A stretch of DNA of 63,594 nucleotides, filler included, from Intoshia linei (taxonomy: Eukaryota; Animalia; Orthonectida): assembly GCA_001642005.1 (NCBI GenBank). It is 4 parts of 4 records of this genome, joined end to end, with 100 filler letters (N's around TTAATTAATTAA, not from the genome) between each part and the next. Parts side by side here need not be neighbours in the genome. Positions count along the whole stretch, not along the records: positions 20,799 to 40,464 come from LWCA01000723.1; 3 more parts are not named here. One strand, written 5' to 3'. Made by a program: the position numbers and the translations under genes. Each line of letters begins with the position of its first letter. The first letter of the stretch is position 1. The notes beneath the pieces are model-generated. The model had not been told where the DNA came from, ran no database searches, and saw only the letters and a list, made by a program, of their open reading frames with translations. Positions 26,801-40,564 of this stretch are shown piece by piece.

Positions 26801-29800
26801 GTTACAATTCTGGTTTATCCAATAGAAGAATTAAAAATATAAGCCGAAATTATATTACAAAAAAATGCAGTTTATCTTAGAGATTTTTAAAATCTAAAAC
26901 AGAAGTTTGATAATCTTTTTTATTTGAATTAATTTTTCTTTAACAAAACTAACTTTTGAGTATGTTTCATAGAAAACAAAAAATTTTTATTTTTACTATT
27001 GTTAGAATGTACAATTAAAGCTTGTTTTCATAAACATAAACGAATCAATTTTTTTCCGTTACTACCCTTTAACACAATTTAATATCAAATTTATACTGAT
27101 TTATAAATTTTATATAATTGTTTAGAGTTAGTCAAATTTTTAACGCCCACTAAAAATTTTCAAACGTCCATGTTGTAATCTACTAAAATCTACCCAAAAC
27201 ATATGGATGAATTAAGTTATTTGTTGTAATAGCTTAAAAGACGCAAAACTAAGATTTTTGACACCATGTCGCGGGTTACTCGAAATACCCCAGTCAAATT
27301 TGGGGTAACATTAAAATAATGTATCAATAAATATCACATGTTTATATATTAAACATTTTACCTAGAAGTAGATGTATCTTCTTCAACGGCTACGTCATTA
27401 GGGATAAATTTTTCACATTCTGCAATGGTAGCTTTATCAACATATTCCATTTTATACAATTTCAAAAACATATTTGATTGTGCAAAGGATGATTTTGTCA
27501 ATTTTTCAAGATAAATCTGAAATTTTTAAAATTTATATTGTACATTTACGTATCAACTTATTAATGTAAATAAAATTTATATAATTGTATGTTATTAAAT
27601 ATATAAAGTATTTTTTTTTAAAATTAAAAAATATTTTTATGCTATTTCAAAAAATTTTTTAACCAGTAGATATTAGGGAATGATATCCGATTAATCGATT
27701 AATCGAAAACCCGGTTAATCGCTTACAATAATTAGAGAAAAATAATCGGAATAGATTTCAAATAATCGGATTTTCAAAAATTTATATATGAATACTAAAA
27801 TGCTTTTTTGATCGTGAAGTCATCACTTATTCGGTTTGAAAATTTTTTGTGTGTGTTAAAAGAATACAACTGTACCACTTGTAATTTTTTTAAATTCTTG
27901 GGCTGTTTTCATTAAAAAAAGAAGGGTAATTTGTGGTTTTCGCCGTGAAGATATAATTTTTTTAAATTTAAATTTATGATAATGTTTATGATTTTAATAT
28001 TCGTATCAGCGTATATATTTTTTTAAATTCTCCAATTCGTTTGATTTTCAAAAAAAAAGACAATTGAGGTTTTCGACCCGTAAGATGTGAGTTTGGGAAA
28101 TTGAAATATATCTTATTATATGTCCGGAAAAAATTGTAATTGAAATGTTGTCTTTAAAAAATTCTAAGACGGGTAATTATTTAAATAAAGCTTAACACAC
28201 ACACATACACAAACAAAAATCTTGTAGCATATTATATAAGTAAGGATTATTGGTTTTTATGTTAAAAATTTTAAATTCCGATTAATCGGATAATCGTTGT
28301 TCAAATAACCGGAATTATTTGATAACCGGTTTTTCAAATTTTCAAATTTTCAATATTTTAAAGTTCGAATAATTAAAACTCCATAGTAGATATAATGAAT
28401 TAATAATAATTAAACGAGCTTGATATAATTAGTGCCGAAATTACCATACTTCGAGACCCCTACTAGGGGCCATCGACAAAATTTTTCATAAATTATGACC
28501 TGATTCTTCCAAATGAAACCTATATCCATATTATGAGTTCAAATTACTTTTTCATCTCGCGACCCCTCCATATTACTCACAACCAAACATTTCACAGATT
28601 TCACTTATTGTAATTAGTCATTTCCCATGGAGTTTAAAATCCAAAAATCAAATATAATTTAAGGTATCATTGAATGTATTAAAAATTTAATTAATTTATT
28701 GGGATTGTTGAATTTAGATCAGATCCTATGCTAACGGAAACTCCTGTTCGGGGGATGAACAAAATTTTTGTAAAATGTGGTTTCATTCATGTAAAATGAG
28801 TATTTAATAGTTATATTTTGAATATTCTAACTATTCTGTGAATCAACTGTCAAGTCTAAATTCTAGACTCTAGACCTATGAAGAAATAGCTAGGAATATA
28901 TGGCATTACGCATCATTTCCGAAAACTTCGTAGGGTTTATTTTGAAAATTCTACTTACAATTGTTTTAAAAAAATTAAAACAAAACATTATTAAATATAT
29001 AAATAATTTCAATTATCGCTCTCTTAGCGACAGAAACCGAAAAATAGTGACAAAAACAGAAATAGAGGAAAAAATTTAGATTGTTTATTTTAGTGTAGTT
29101 ATTCAATTTTATCTGACCCGAGCACACTGATGTATCCACTGCCCTGATTACTTTTTAATAAAATCATAATAAAATACATCAGATAGATAGGCACTTTCAA
29201 ACAACATATTATAAAGATCATTATATTGTGTGAGTAACTAAAATAGTTAATTAATATCAAAATAAATTAAAAATACTTGAATTGTTTCAAAATACGTATC
29301 AATGGTATATTTCCTTCTTTGAGATTTCATATTAAATTTTTCAAAATTTGATAACAAATTTTTTATAATTTTGACAAGTATGTGTGGATCATAAATGTAT
29401 GGTACATCAATTATCTTTATAAAAATTAAAAATTAATCAAAAAGCAATAAAAATGATAAAAATAGCAATTAAATGATATATATTTACATTTTCAATAACA
29501 AATGTATCATAAAATTCACACATGTTAAAATTAGTGAAATCCAACAAAACTTGCTCAAATATGGCAGTTTCTAATCTAACGTCAATGTTGACTGATTTTG
29601 AATTATTGCATATTTTCTAATATAAACAATTATAAATTTTAAATTAAAACTATATACCTGAAAAGTTTGCAAAGTTGCAGGATATATTCGACTCAAACCC
29701 GCCAACATGAAATTGAATTCAAATAAATGGGTTGAAGTTAAAATACCTCTATAATATAATAATTATAAATATTGATGGCACAATTAAATCACGAATTAAT

Positions 29801-32800
29801 AATAATAATAAAAATAATAATAAATAATAAAGTTACGTGTTAAGATGATCACTTATATCAAAAACATCGTTAGTATTATACATGTACATTCCAACTTTTA
29901 ATTCACCTCGTGAAACAATACATTTTGAATATTTTCTTGAATTTTGAATCTAATAAATATTATATAATATTCAAATAAATTATAAATACAATTCGTTCGT
30001 AGACTTTTTGAACTAGACGTATATGGTTGTCAATGTTTGCAATCTCCAATTGAACAGATTCTAAAAAATAATCATCCTCCAGATTATATCTGATTCTTTT
30101 GAATATCATTGTTATTATAGTCTGAGCCATATTTCTTTTTTCATTTTTATCAAATATATTCTCATAGCAAAACATGTAAACATAAACTAATTTTTGTAGT
30201 ATTTCAAAATATTCGCATGTACTTTTCCATGCATCGTATATTATTAAATGTCTATCTTGGTTTAATGATGTTTGTTTCTATTAAAATTTGGTTTACAGCT
30301 TTTTAATATATTTTTATACCTTTTCTTTGAGATTGGCACATTTCAGCAAATTCTTGTTAACGTAATACGAAGTTATTTTTGAAATTTGTGATTCAACCGT
30401 TCTATATTAATAATTTTAATGAATAGGGGTAACATTGTTGTAATTACTTTAAATCATCCAGTGATATGTCATACATTACTATTTTCCCGTCACTATCAAT
30501 AACGTTAATAATTCCATCATCCCGTTTTGTGTGAAAGTCATCATGATTCTTAACAGATTCATATTCCATAAATTCTACTTGATTCATTCTAGAAATTACC
30601 AATATATTCAATAAGTAATGAATGTGGTTAACTTGTATCAAGACCGCATGTGGCCACCCCATTCAAAACAACTCAACAGTACTACACAAAATATTGATTT
30701 TTTACATATAAAATGCATTATATCTTATGACGATAAATTAAAATATTTAATATTAAAATAAAAATTTTAAACTTTTTATAGTCTAGTTTGTGAATAATTT
30801 TGTATTTACTTGTATTCTAATGGAGAACTGTATATGTATTTATTTGAATTGAGTCTATTTCCAAAATTATTCATATTTTCATCGATGTTATTTTCTTGTG
30901 TTCTATGATAGAATTTATTATATTAAATTTAATAAAGTAAATACGCGTCACTTTGATCACTTTTTTTTTTATCAACATTAGCGTTTTTAGCATCACCTTC
31001 TAAAGCAAGACCCAATTCACTTATTGTAATACTGCGTTCTATAGATCGAAAGTAGTTTAAATAAGAAAGTGTCTAAATAGTGAGTTTGTATACATATATT
31101 ATAATATTTTAATAGTAAAGATGTAATGTACATCTGCCATGTCAAACTCAAATATGTGGATGTGCAGTATTATAAATTTAAATTAAAAAAAATTATATCT
31201 TCAGGGCCAAAACGACAAATTACCCTTCTTTTTTTAATGAAAACAGCCCTATAATTTAAAAAAAATTACAGGTGGTACAGTTGTATCCTGTTAACACACA
31301 AGAAAATTTCAATCCGAATAAGTAATGACTTCATAGTCAAAAAAGCATTTTAGTGTTCATATATTTTTTTTCCGAAATAGTTTATTAAAACAAAAAATGT
31401 GAAATAATTAACGGTCCAAAAAAAAAGAAATATTATTCTGATAGAGATTATTCCAGTTTATATTAATACAAAATTTCAACTCCAGAAATCTACGCATTCC
31501 CGATGAAAAATAATTTTTAATATTTAATCAACCAATATTTTTCAAATTTTTCGATTAAAATAGAAATTGAAAATGTAAATATTGATCCTACAATTTCAAA
31601 AAAAATATGTGCATTAAACGTCTACACATATCTAATAAAGAAATATGGGTGAAACACAAAATGTACAATAAGCGCTCTAAATTGTTTAATATGGTTGACA
31701 CCCTAATATACACATACGAAGTCGTGGCGGGCTGCAGGTTTGACACGGTTGCTGTACAGTGTATTAAATAATATTGATACTTTATGTAATTTTTATTGAA
31801 AATGAATGAAAAAATGGATTGTATTATTTATAAACATATTATATTATATATTATTAATATTAGATATTATATGAATAATAATAAACCTTTCTTCTCAAAT
31901 ATCGGATGTATAGATATCTTAACATGAAATAGGAGGAATATGATCCATTACTATAGGAGTTTGATTGGCTTCCACTCGTATATTCAATGTTTTCTTGTCC
32001 CATGCCATCCAATCCCAAGTTTGTAACAGTATCCCTGTAGTTGTATTTATCTGTGGCAAGTTGATTTAATAATGATTCCATAGTATAATATTTGTTTTTT
32101 GTATTGTCTGTTGGATCATCACTAGAATATAATTATTAATATAATACTAGTAAATGTTGTAATAATAATATATAGTATAAATATATATATAAATAATAAT
32201 ATTAATGTTTTTTAGTACTTTTAAAATGACAAATTTAAAGCAACTTTTCAAGGCTAATAAAGTATCATAAATTTTATTGTCAAAACCACATTTTACCATT
32301 TTATCACTTAACATTTTGCAAATTATTAATTTTTAATTAATTATTAATAATTCATAATAAAATTCATGCATTTTATAATCTATTAATAAATGTAAATTGA
32401 TTTGTTTGGAATTTAAAAATTATTAAATAATTGATATTCTAAGAAAATTGGTTGGCTCAGCCCTCGGTAAAGCTAAATGGCAATTTTTACGTAGTACAGA
32501 GTGTGCGCTTTATGATATTTAACAGAATATAAAAGTATACTTTGACTTTGTTACTTGATCACTATCTACATATATATTTTTCCAAATTTTTTCCATTTCG
32601 TGTTCACTTAAATTATTCTGGTTATCTTTTAATAGAGGTTTTTTATTTTTCTTGTTATTTCCATTTTCTTGTAAAATCAACTTTTCATATTTTCGAATAC
32701 ACTTTAGAGCTGCCTAATCAATTAAAATTATTTAATTTTTAAAAATTTTAATTAATATTTTGTTTGTCTGTGTAGGTTACCATTTATTTAGAACTTAAAT

Positions 32801-35800
32801 AAGTCCCAGAAATTTAATAAAAAATATTACAATTTTTTTTTTTTTTCAACAAAGTTTTTTGTATAGAGATAAAAATGGATGTCACTCGAAGAAATCCATC
32901 TACACGTCAAAAATCCAAATTACCCGTTATTTTCAAAATTAAAATATAATTCTAATAAAAATGTAGTTCTAGATTCTAGAATAAATAAAATCATAGCTAA
33001 ACATACGGTACTTTTTCCAGATGACACATTAAAAAAATTTCAGTCGCCAAAATTAAAGACTTCAGTATCAAAAAAGCAGCTGACTATTTAATTAATTTTA
33101 TTTTGAAATGCATACATATATTTACAAGTCATATATCAAAAATAAATGATCCTAAAAAATAATTAATTTTAAAAATAAATACTTTTAGTATAGTTTATTC
33201 TAATTGAAACAAAAAAAATTCAACCACCAAAAGTAATTTATTTCTTCTTATAAACTTATTTTAATATGCTATTAATCAATATTTGTTAAATTTTTAAAGT
33301 TAAAATAAAAAACGAAAATTTAAATATTTATCCTTGAAATTGAAAAAAAATTATGAGTAAAATTATCTATTTGAAATGCAAAAATCTGAGTTTCATTCGC
33401 AAAAATAAATTTATTCACATTTTTCCATAATACACAATTGTTTAAAGTTTAAACTCTTTCTTTAATAAAATTTAATGTCTGTTTGTCTGTTACTATTTTT
33501 TTTAAAAGTGAAAAATTTCTTAAATCTCAAAAATTTTATTAAACATAAATTCTGAGTAAATTTTGAGCTTGAAACTTTACGTATTTTATTTATTTCATTC
33601 ATTTATTCTTGAAATTAAGCCTTTTAAAACAATTTTTAAAATTTTACTGTTTTTACTTAATTTTTAAAATTATACATTCATTTCTTTAATAAATTAAAAA
33701 AATAGAATCACAAATTTTTTTTAAAATTCTTTATATAAATGTTACCAAAATAAAATTGAAATAGAATAATTCACTTTAATTTAAAAGGTAATGTAAAATG
33801 ACTGTTCATGTTGAAAAAATTTTGGAAACCACTCCTTTAAAGGATTGGTAATAGTGAATAGTAGCATTTTTAAGTATGATTTAATTCAATTTGCTCGTTT
33901 AATAGAATTGAAAAAGTTTACCCTCGGAAGAGCTAACTGCTTTGTACGGAGTACATAACAGTGAAGCTAGTGATAAATGAAATTCAAAAGACAATTTGCT
34001 GTTAACTTACTTACTTTAAATTAAATTAAATAATAATATCCCTATAAAAATTTTAGAAAAATTAATATATTTTACATTATTATTTCATTATTATTTTATT
34101 AATAAGATAATTACGCATGAATTATCAGCCAAAAGAGATGCGCATATTAATTTGATACCAATATCATCACAAAAATCACTATTGTCGTCTAGCAACATTT
34201 CTTCATTGGCCCTTAAATTTCGTTGAGGGTATATTACCGAATGCGCTATCCAATCGTTAATCTTGAGATATGTTTTTGAACTGTCATTATTCATATTGGT
34301 ACCCTAAAATTAACATTTTTTTTATAATATTAATAAATATACAATTTACAATATTTATGTATATATTATTGTATATTACATTAACGCGGTAAATTTCGAA
34401 TGTATTTCTGTATTTTTGTTTATCAAAAATTCGTTTAAATACTTTGTTTACGATTCCATATAAGATGTTTTCTTCCATTGTATTCATTTTTAATTTTTCG
34501 TCAATTATATTCTATATGTACAAAATAATATATTTAAAATTTGGAATACAGTTTTAATATCAAAGTGCTGACAAAAATATTTCAAATCCATCATGTAATT
34601 GACACTATTTTGAACACAAATTGGAACGACACTTCTAGTGTTTAATTGAACGTCTTTGCCTATAAATGTATTTTAATGTTATTATAAATTTTTAAAACAC
34701 TATAAGTACACTTTTATATAGCTGTGGTCTCAAACCAAAAAATGTCAAATGCCATTAATCAAAAATGATTTAATTAATGATAGTCAATTTTGAAAATTTA
34801 AAATTGTTTTTAAATTTCTAATGAATCAATCAGTTCACAATTTTTTTTCAAATTAATATTATTAATATATAAATAATATTAATATATTATTGGTATTAAT
34901 AATGATAAATATGCATTAAAATAAATAAAACGGTAAATTTGATAAATATTACTTAAAGAGTAATCTGATTTTTCAAGAACAATCTAAATTTTTTTAATAT
35001 TAATAATTTAATTTGTAATTAATTAATTACTTCATTATCTGATGTAGTTTTCAGTCCTTTCATTAATTTATTTTTGTATTTATACGGTAAATATTCCATT
35101 ATCTAATTTTGTAAATTATATTATAATAATTATTTTTTCAGTTTTTAAATTTGGCATTTGTGACAGTCAAGATCTCAATTTGTGAAAATTTAATTTGTGA
35201 TATTGCATCAGTCTTGAAATAAAACATTAGAATTTTAGAAATTTTTGATTTTATGACGTATTTACAATGTACTTGTAAATTTTCAATCATTAATAATAAT
35301 AATATATTAGTAATATAAATAAGTATATGTATACAAAACTTGAAAAATTAATTTAGCATGTTATAGTTAAGCTTACTTCAACGGGTAAATAAATATTTAT
35401 CATTTTCTAATCTTATTAACCCTTTCACTGCCTGGAATTTATGTTTTAATTTAAACTTGTATAATTTTTAAATTACCTATGTGATAATACATAAAAATAA
35501 AAGATTTAAAGTTTTTCAAAATAGTGCTGTGTATAGCATACACTAAGCATTCTCAACGGGGTCCACAGCTCGTTTTTGGTGTCCAAGAAAATTATATTCG
35601 TACAGTAATAATATGGATTCTTTCTTTCCTGGTCAGATTACGGTTTGATATATGGTATTTTGAAAGATTAACTTTTATTATCAGGTTTTATTTTGATATT
35701 TTAAATCGATGTCGTTTATAAGAATAAAAAATGCTCAGAAATACTAATATAAAACGTGAAAATCATGTAAAAGTAAATTATTTAATATTAAATTAAACTA

Positions 35801-38580
35801 CTTACAATTGTAAAAACTTATGAGGAAACCTCCATTGTTCTATTTTAGGAGCATCAATTTTATTTAATTATTTTATCAAAATAATATTATAAATAATTTT
35901 ATTAAAATTTATGACCGAGCCAAGTTTCTAGTCATAAATAAAAAGCTTTAAATTTCAAATTGAAAATGGGACAAAAAAATCAGTCAACATTCATGATTCT
36001 ATAAAATATCAACAAAGGGATATAAAATATAATATATATAATATATAAAATATGTAGTAAACAATTAATAATGTACTGTAAACAATACCTGAAAAACATG
36101 TTCCATTTTGGGAAAATTGACGGGAAAAAGGTTAATATCAATAGTTCATCAAGTTTATCATCTCGTAAAAATAGAGTACTCCATGTCATTTGACCATCAT
36201 TCGTTTAACCCAAATGTAATGATTCATTAAAAATTGTCATTATTATTAATTTTTTTGGGGGTCCGCAGGTTTTTTATAATATAATCTTAGAGGTCCACAG
36301 TGAAAAAGGGTTGAGAATGCCTGGTATACACTGTATAGTATAGAATAGTGGTTCCCAAAAAAATATATTGTCGACCCTCCTAACAGTATACAAATATTTT
36401 TAGAAAAAATCAATAAATACAAAATAGTTAATATATTTATTATATTACTATATATAACAGCCATTAAAAAATGTTATCTTTTAATATTACTGGTTTTATT
36501 TTTGTTATAAATCATTCTTTAATATAGTTGACACTTTAGTATACAAACAATTGTAAATTCATGATTGTTCTTTTTTGTATATATACGTATTATTGTCTCG
36601 TAAGGGTTAATAACATTTAAATTTATAAGAATCCAAAATTAATCCGAATTTCAAAAATATATTAATTAAATATCAAATACTAAATCAAATCAATGTTAAA
36701 AATTATAATTTAATTTTAAAATTTATCTTAAATTTGCCGCCCCTCAGTCTCTGAAGGCCCCATGTGGCGCCAAGCCTCCATTTGGGTACCACTTAAAAAA
36801 TATAATTAATTTGGGTTAAAATTCCTTTCTAATTCAAAAAATTTTATCCACATCAATTTTAACTTTAATAACTTTAATAACAACTTTAAAATTGGACCTT
36901 ACCATCACCACCCTAGTCTCATTAAACTTAAACGCAATTAACGCAAATTTTACACCTCACAGCACATATTACACAATACTTGTCAATAATTTCACAATTT
37001 TTAATATATTACGATATATGAGATATTTAATTGATCAATTATTATATCACCTTTAACAATGAGAAAATTGTTCTTTTCGTATAATAATGGTTTGTTAACC
37101 AAACAATGTATACTTCAAGGTCGTTTTTATTTATTACATTCAATGCCTTTTCGTATTGTTCCAATATACAAAATTCTCGAATACTACCCAATCTTTCCAG
37201 ACTTACAACCGTGTCATCATACTCAGACAATAATAATCTATATTAAAATGTAGATTTAAATTAAAAAACACGTAAAAAAGTGATCCACATAGATTCATGA
37301 ATTAGATGCATAATATTTGCGGGTGTTAAGAATTGTAGACATCATTGGGACAAAGAAAATTTTTATTTTAATATTCTATATACGTATGTATAAAAATATA
37401 CTACCGTGTATTTTAAAGATTGATGGTATATTTACATCATCAATACTGATAATTCGGGTCAAGACAATTTGACGTCTCTAATTTATAAAAATCATGTAAG
37501 AAAAATTAAGCAATAATTCTGGTTTTATTTTTTTAAAATAATGCAAATAATTTCTGGTTTAAAAAAATTTAAATTTGACAATGTTATCCACAATTAATTA
37601 AATTTTAGAAATTGTTTAACATAATGTAAAACGCCAAAAAATCAATTTTTGAGGATGGGTTTTTTTTGGATAAAAATTAATAATTTTAATATCATTCTGC
37701 AGCAAATTGAGCGGCGCTCATTTTCTATATATGTCATTTTTATATTAGAAAAATGGAATAGCCCTAGTGCACACCCCTTTACACATATACTTATACACAC
37801 ACTTTTAACTGCATTTACTTTGTATACGTAAAGATAAACATCTTACGTCATCATTTTCTTATAATCTGGATACATTTTTGAAGACAAAGTTGAATTTTTG
37901 CAATATCTTTCCCATCTAATCGAACACCTCAATTTAGCCTGACATATTTGATATAATTTGTCTTCAAAGTGCTAAAAATGTAAAAATTAAAATTTGAGTA
38001 CAATAATGAAATTCAATTATTAATAAACCTGCAAAATCAAAGACGGCATAGATTGTTTATTAAAATCAGTTTTTTTAATATTCACATATTCTAAATGTAA
38101 CATATCTGCTTGTAAATTTATTGATTTGGGATGATTTATCTAAATATCAGTAATTTTATTTAGTAATTAAGGTTAAGCACCTTAAGGCACTTAAGTTATT
38201 AGGGAATAAAAGTAATTTTATTTAGTGTAACATTTTGAATATCGAAATAATCCCCTTGCAAAAGATGTATATTGAAACCAAATAAAAATTTGAGACTTAC
38301 ATTACATTTGTCTTCCGAAAAAATTTTTCGTTCTTTATTGTAATAGTCAATGCTTTGTGGTAATCTAACTGATGTGCTAAAAAAGTGTAAAATTCAACTT
38401 TTCTGAAACTGAAACATTACAATGTTTTAAAATGCAATTTTTAAAATTTTATTAATCATACCTAGGTTTAAATGAATCATGAGATTCCAAGGAAGTGGAT
38501 CCATTAATATAATTATTTAATTGTTTAATTTCATGTTCTAACTGGATATTCAAATTTTTAATCATTAAATTATCCGTCAT
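17878..38580 (-). CDS. CCDC162/C6orf183 (DUF4549)-like large protein, dozens of exons, spanning an assembly gap
   Basis: Exons occur in colinear order: SVRLPQSIDYYNKER; LQADML; LILQHFEDKLYQICQAKLRCSIRWERYC; EYDDTVVSLERL...DLEVYIVWL; YNYRDTVTNLGLD; LRYLYIRYLRR; LNYFRSIERSITI; EFMEYESVKNHDDF; YMFCYENIFDKNEKRNMAQTI. These match motifs I recall for this family. The start ATG and last exon are tentative. Confidence 0.75.
19498..20698 (-). mobile_element. Degraded Chapaev3-like (CMC group) DNA transposon, 3' part, intronic
   Basis: ORFs 20253-20636 and 19950-20183 carry ILLPPLHLKIGL, GVLNGPEIKQL, AWRSFK, GCLMSFKVH and SDEHGERF...MIIDY. The frame is broken. Putative CAC terminus at 19498. Confidence 0.75.
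20699..20798. other. Assembly gap spacer (N44-TTAATTAATTAA-N44)
   Basis: The same 100-nt block occurs three times; the 12-mer places stops in all six frames. Confidence 0.97.
20799..21596 (-). mobile_element. Internally deleted Tigger/pogo (TIGD1-like) transposon remnant
   Basis: ta|CAGTAATACCTCGCTTAACGAAC terminus at 21596; KAYYIRTTF...LKEFWKSFNVLGAVKIIKSAWDKV and ELTNKDLIEME...QDSNFERS, with stops and frameshifts. Confidence 0.8.
23650..23854 (+). mobile_element. Helitron 3' module
   Basis: GCCCTCTGCAGAGCTAGG + hairpin CTGTTTGTACGTAGTACATAACAG + TCAAC-CTAG|t; similar to 59255-59458. Confidence 0.75.
25739..26544. mobile_element. Foldback-like element with long modular inverted arms of ~28-30-bp tandem subrepeats
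   Basis: TTAAATCCAACCATTTTTACTAAAAAT at the left end and its reverse complement at the right end; ~6 units of TTTTACCAACCCTAAAAGGAAAAATTCCAG on the left and ~8 inverted units on the right. Confidence 0.75.
27674..28385. mobile_element. hAT-like MITE containing a nested Helitron fragment (27790-28246)
   Basis: Perfect 8-bp TSD GTAGATAT (27666-27673 and 28386-28393); TAGGG start; CGATTAATCG/AACCGG subterminal motifs at both ends. Confidence 0.75.
33455..33970 (+). mobile_element. Non-autonomous Helitron with a second type of 5' end
   Basis: 5' TCTTTCTTTAATAAAA + GTCTGTTTGTCTGT; 3' TGTACGGAGTACATAACAGTGAAG-CTAG|t. Confidence 0.6.
35545..36323. mobile_element. hAT (Buster-like) MITE
   Basis: TAAGCATTCTCAAC ... 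GTTGAGAATGCCTG; TSD gcatacac / gtatacac. Confidence 0.7.
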
Positions 38581-38848
38581 TGTGAGTAGTTTTATATTTA
38601 ATTTCCAATTTCCTAATTATTTGAGTTTCATAAATATAGAAAATTTGATTTAAAAATAATTTACTACTTACGGTACAATGTATTGATTCAACCTGTAGTG
38701 AATCTAAATATCTCGGCAATCGATAACACAGTAAATTGTTACTATTTGTTTTTTATTGAACATTAACCATTATAAATTTCAATAACACCAATTTCTATGT
38801 ACGCTATTGATTTACGAATAAAATGAAATATTTAATTATAAAAATTTT

Positions 38849-39722
38849 TCATGTATTATCAAATTTGTTTAAGCGGGTTTTTCGTAAATAAAATTTTTTG
38901 CGCTGTCTATCGGCGACTTTGTTTCCAATGGTGCATTTTAATGGTGGTAACTTGAAATCTGTTTTATTCGACAATCCGTTTGGAATACTACATTTTATGG
39001 TTATATTATATAGAGTCTATTTTAGTAGTACACTGATGTATTATTAAATTCAACATATTTTTTTGCCATTAAAAATGCGTCTGGTGTCCATTTATTCGAG
39101 TATATTGCTTCGTTAAGATCGTAATTGATTTTTGCAAGCTATATTTAAATAATTTGTGAATTTCATCATGTACCTTTTTTTGTAAATGACTACAAGTTTC
39201 ACATAGATTTTTTACCAATACGTTTGTTTCAGATGATGTAATTTTGCGTCTTAGTCCTTCTTCTATTATACACAATGGATCAATTTCAACTCCTTTTGGT
39301 ATCCAAAAACTAATAATTAATAAATTAATCACATTTCCTGATTTCTTTGTCACCCGTTAAAATCACACGATGAATAATAAAAAAAGTATGAAATGTACAA
39401 AATGTTGAATGCACTGGTATATTGTTTTTAAAAATGTTATTAATATATTTACTTTGTCTCTGTAGAAGGGCTATTTTTAACTATTTTGGTTGATTTTTGA
39501 AGAATTTTATCGTTATTTGATTCTTTGATTTTACTTTTTAAATTTTGTATTTCATTTTTTAAAATTCTTATTTTTTTGTCGTCTAAATATCATTTATTAA
39601 ATATTAATAATAGTACACAGGCTTAATAATGAATTTAATGCATTTAATTAATGATAAAATAAAATTACTTTCATCATTACAGGTACTGTCAGACTTTGAT
39701 CCTTTTGACAATAGAGGGTTAT
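38849..39722 (-). CDS. CCDC74-like coiled-coil protein; 5' exons uncertain
   Basis: VEIDPLCIIEE...ETNVLVKNL, a 35-nt intron (39139-39173), LAKINYDLNEAIYSNKWTPDAFLMAK, then LPPLKCTIGNKVADRQRK. These resemble the CCDC74 C-terminal domain (LPALKQT...AERQKR). Confidence 0.7.
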
Positions 39723-40464
39723 CTTAACAATATCATAATTATTAAATAATTGGAGTATTATATAAAAACTAATTAATAATACAAATATCATTTACACATG
39801 ATTATGTAATTATGATTTTTAGAGCAAAATATTATTCTAGAAAAATTTTTCAAGAGGAAATCTTTTTTTTATATTATTAATCATTGGTTTTCATTGTGTT
39901 GGTACATTAATATTATAAAAAATAGCAAAGAATAATTAAGCCAAATGTTCAAGACGCTTTAATGGAAAACGAAAAATTTTAAATTAAATTAAATTAACAA
40001 AAAAATTAACGGGCCATATTGAATTTTGAGTTTATTTTTGTAGGTTAAAAAAGTTTGCCCTAATTATAATTATCAATCAATATTTTTCAAATTTTTTTTC
40101 AAATATCAATTTTGTGGGAAATTGAAAAGTTGGAATTGACCGTACACATATTTGAAATACAGTAATGGGTATCAAACTCATAAATTGATTCCTTCTGTTT
40201 TTTTATAATTGCTACGAATTTCTCATTTTCAAAAATTTTCAACGTTTATAGTTTACTACATGTATATTAGGGCTGTTCAAAAAAAAAATCCATAATCAGA
40301 TCATATACTTCAAGGTGTGTAATAACGTATGTGCCTATTAAAAATGGTTAATTTTTTAAAAATGTGTGCCCTAAATCAATTTATATCTTCAAAAATATAT
40401 ATAAAATGTAAGGTTTATTTTTAAATATTTCAACGGTAACTAGCGTAACAATTCTATTTACATT

Positions 40465-40564
40465 NNNNNNNNNNNNNNNNNNNNNNNNNNNNNNNNNNNN
40501 NNNNNNNNTTAATTAATTAANNNNNNNNNNNNNNNNNNNNNNNNNNNNNNNNNNNNNNNNNNNN
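40465..40564. other. Assembly gap spacer
   Basis: N44-TTAATTAATTAA-N44. Confidence 0.97.

Noticed and set aside
32879-33091. 70-aa plus-strand ORF with faint resemblance to a Gypsy pol linker
   Set aside because: Too short, with no RT or protease motif and no LTRs; cannot be supported without a search.
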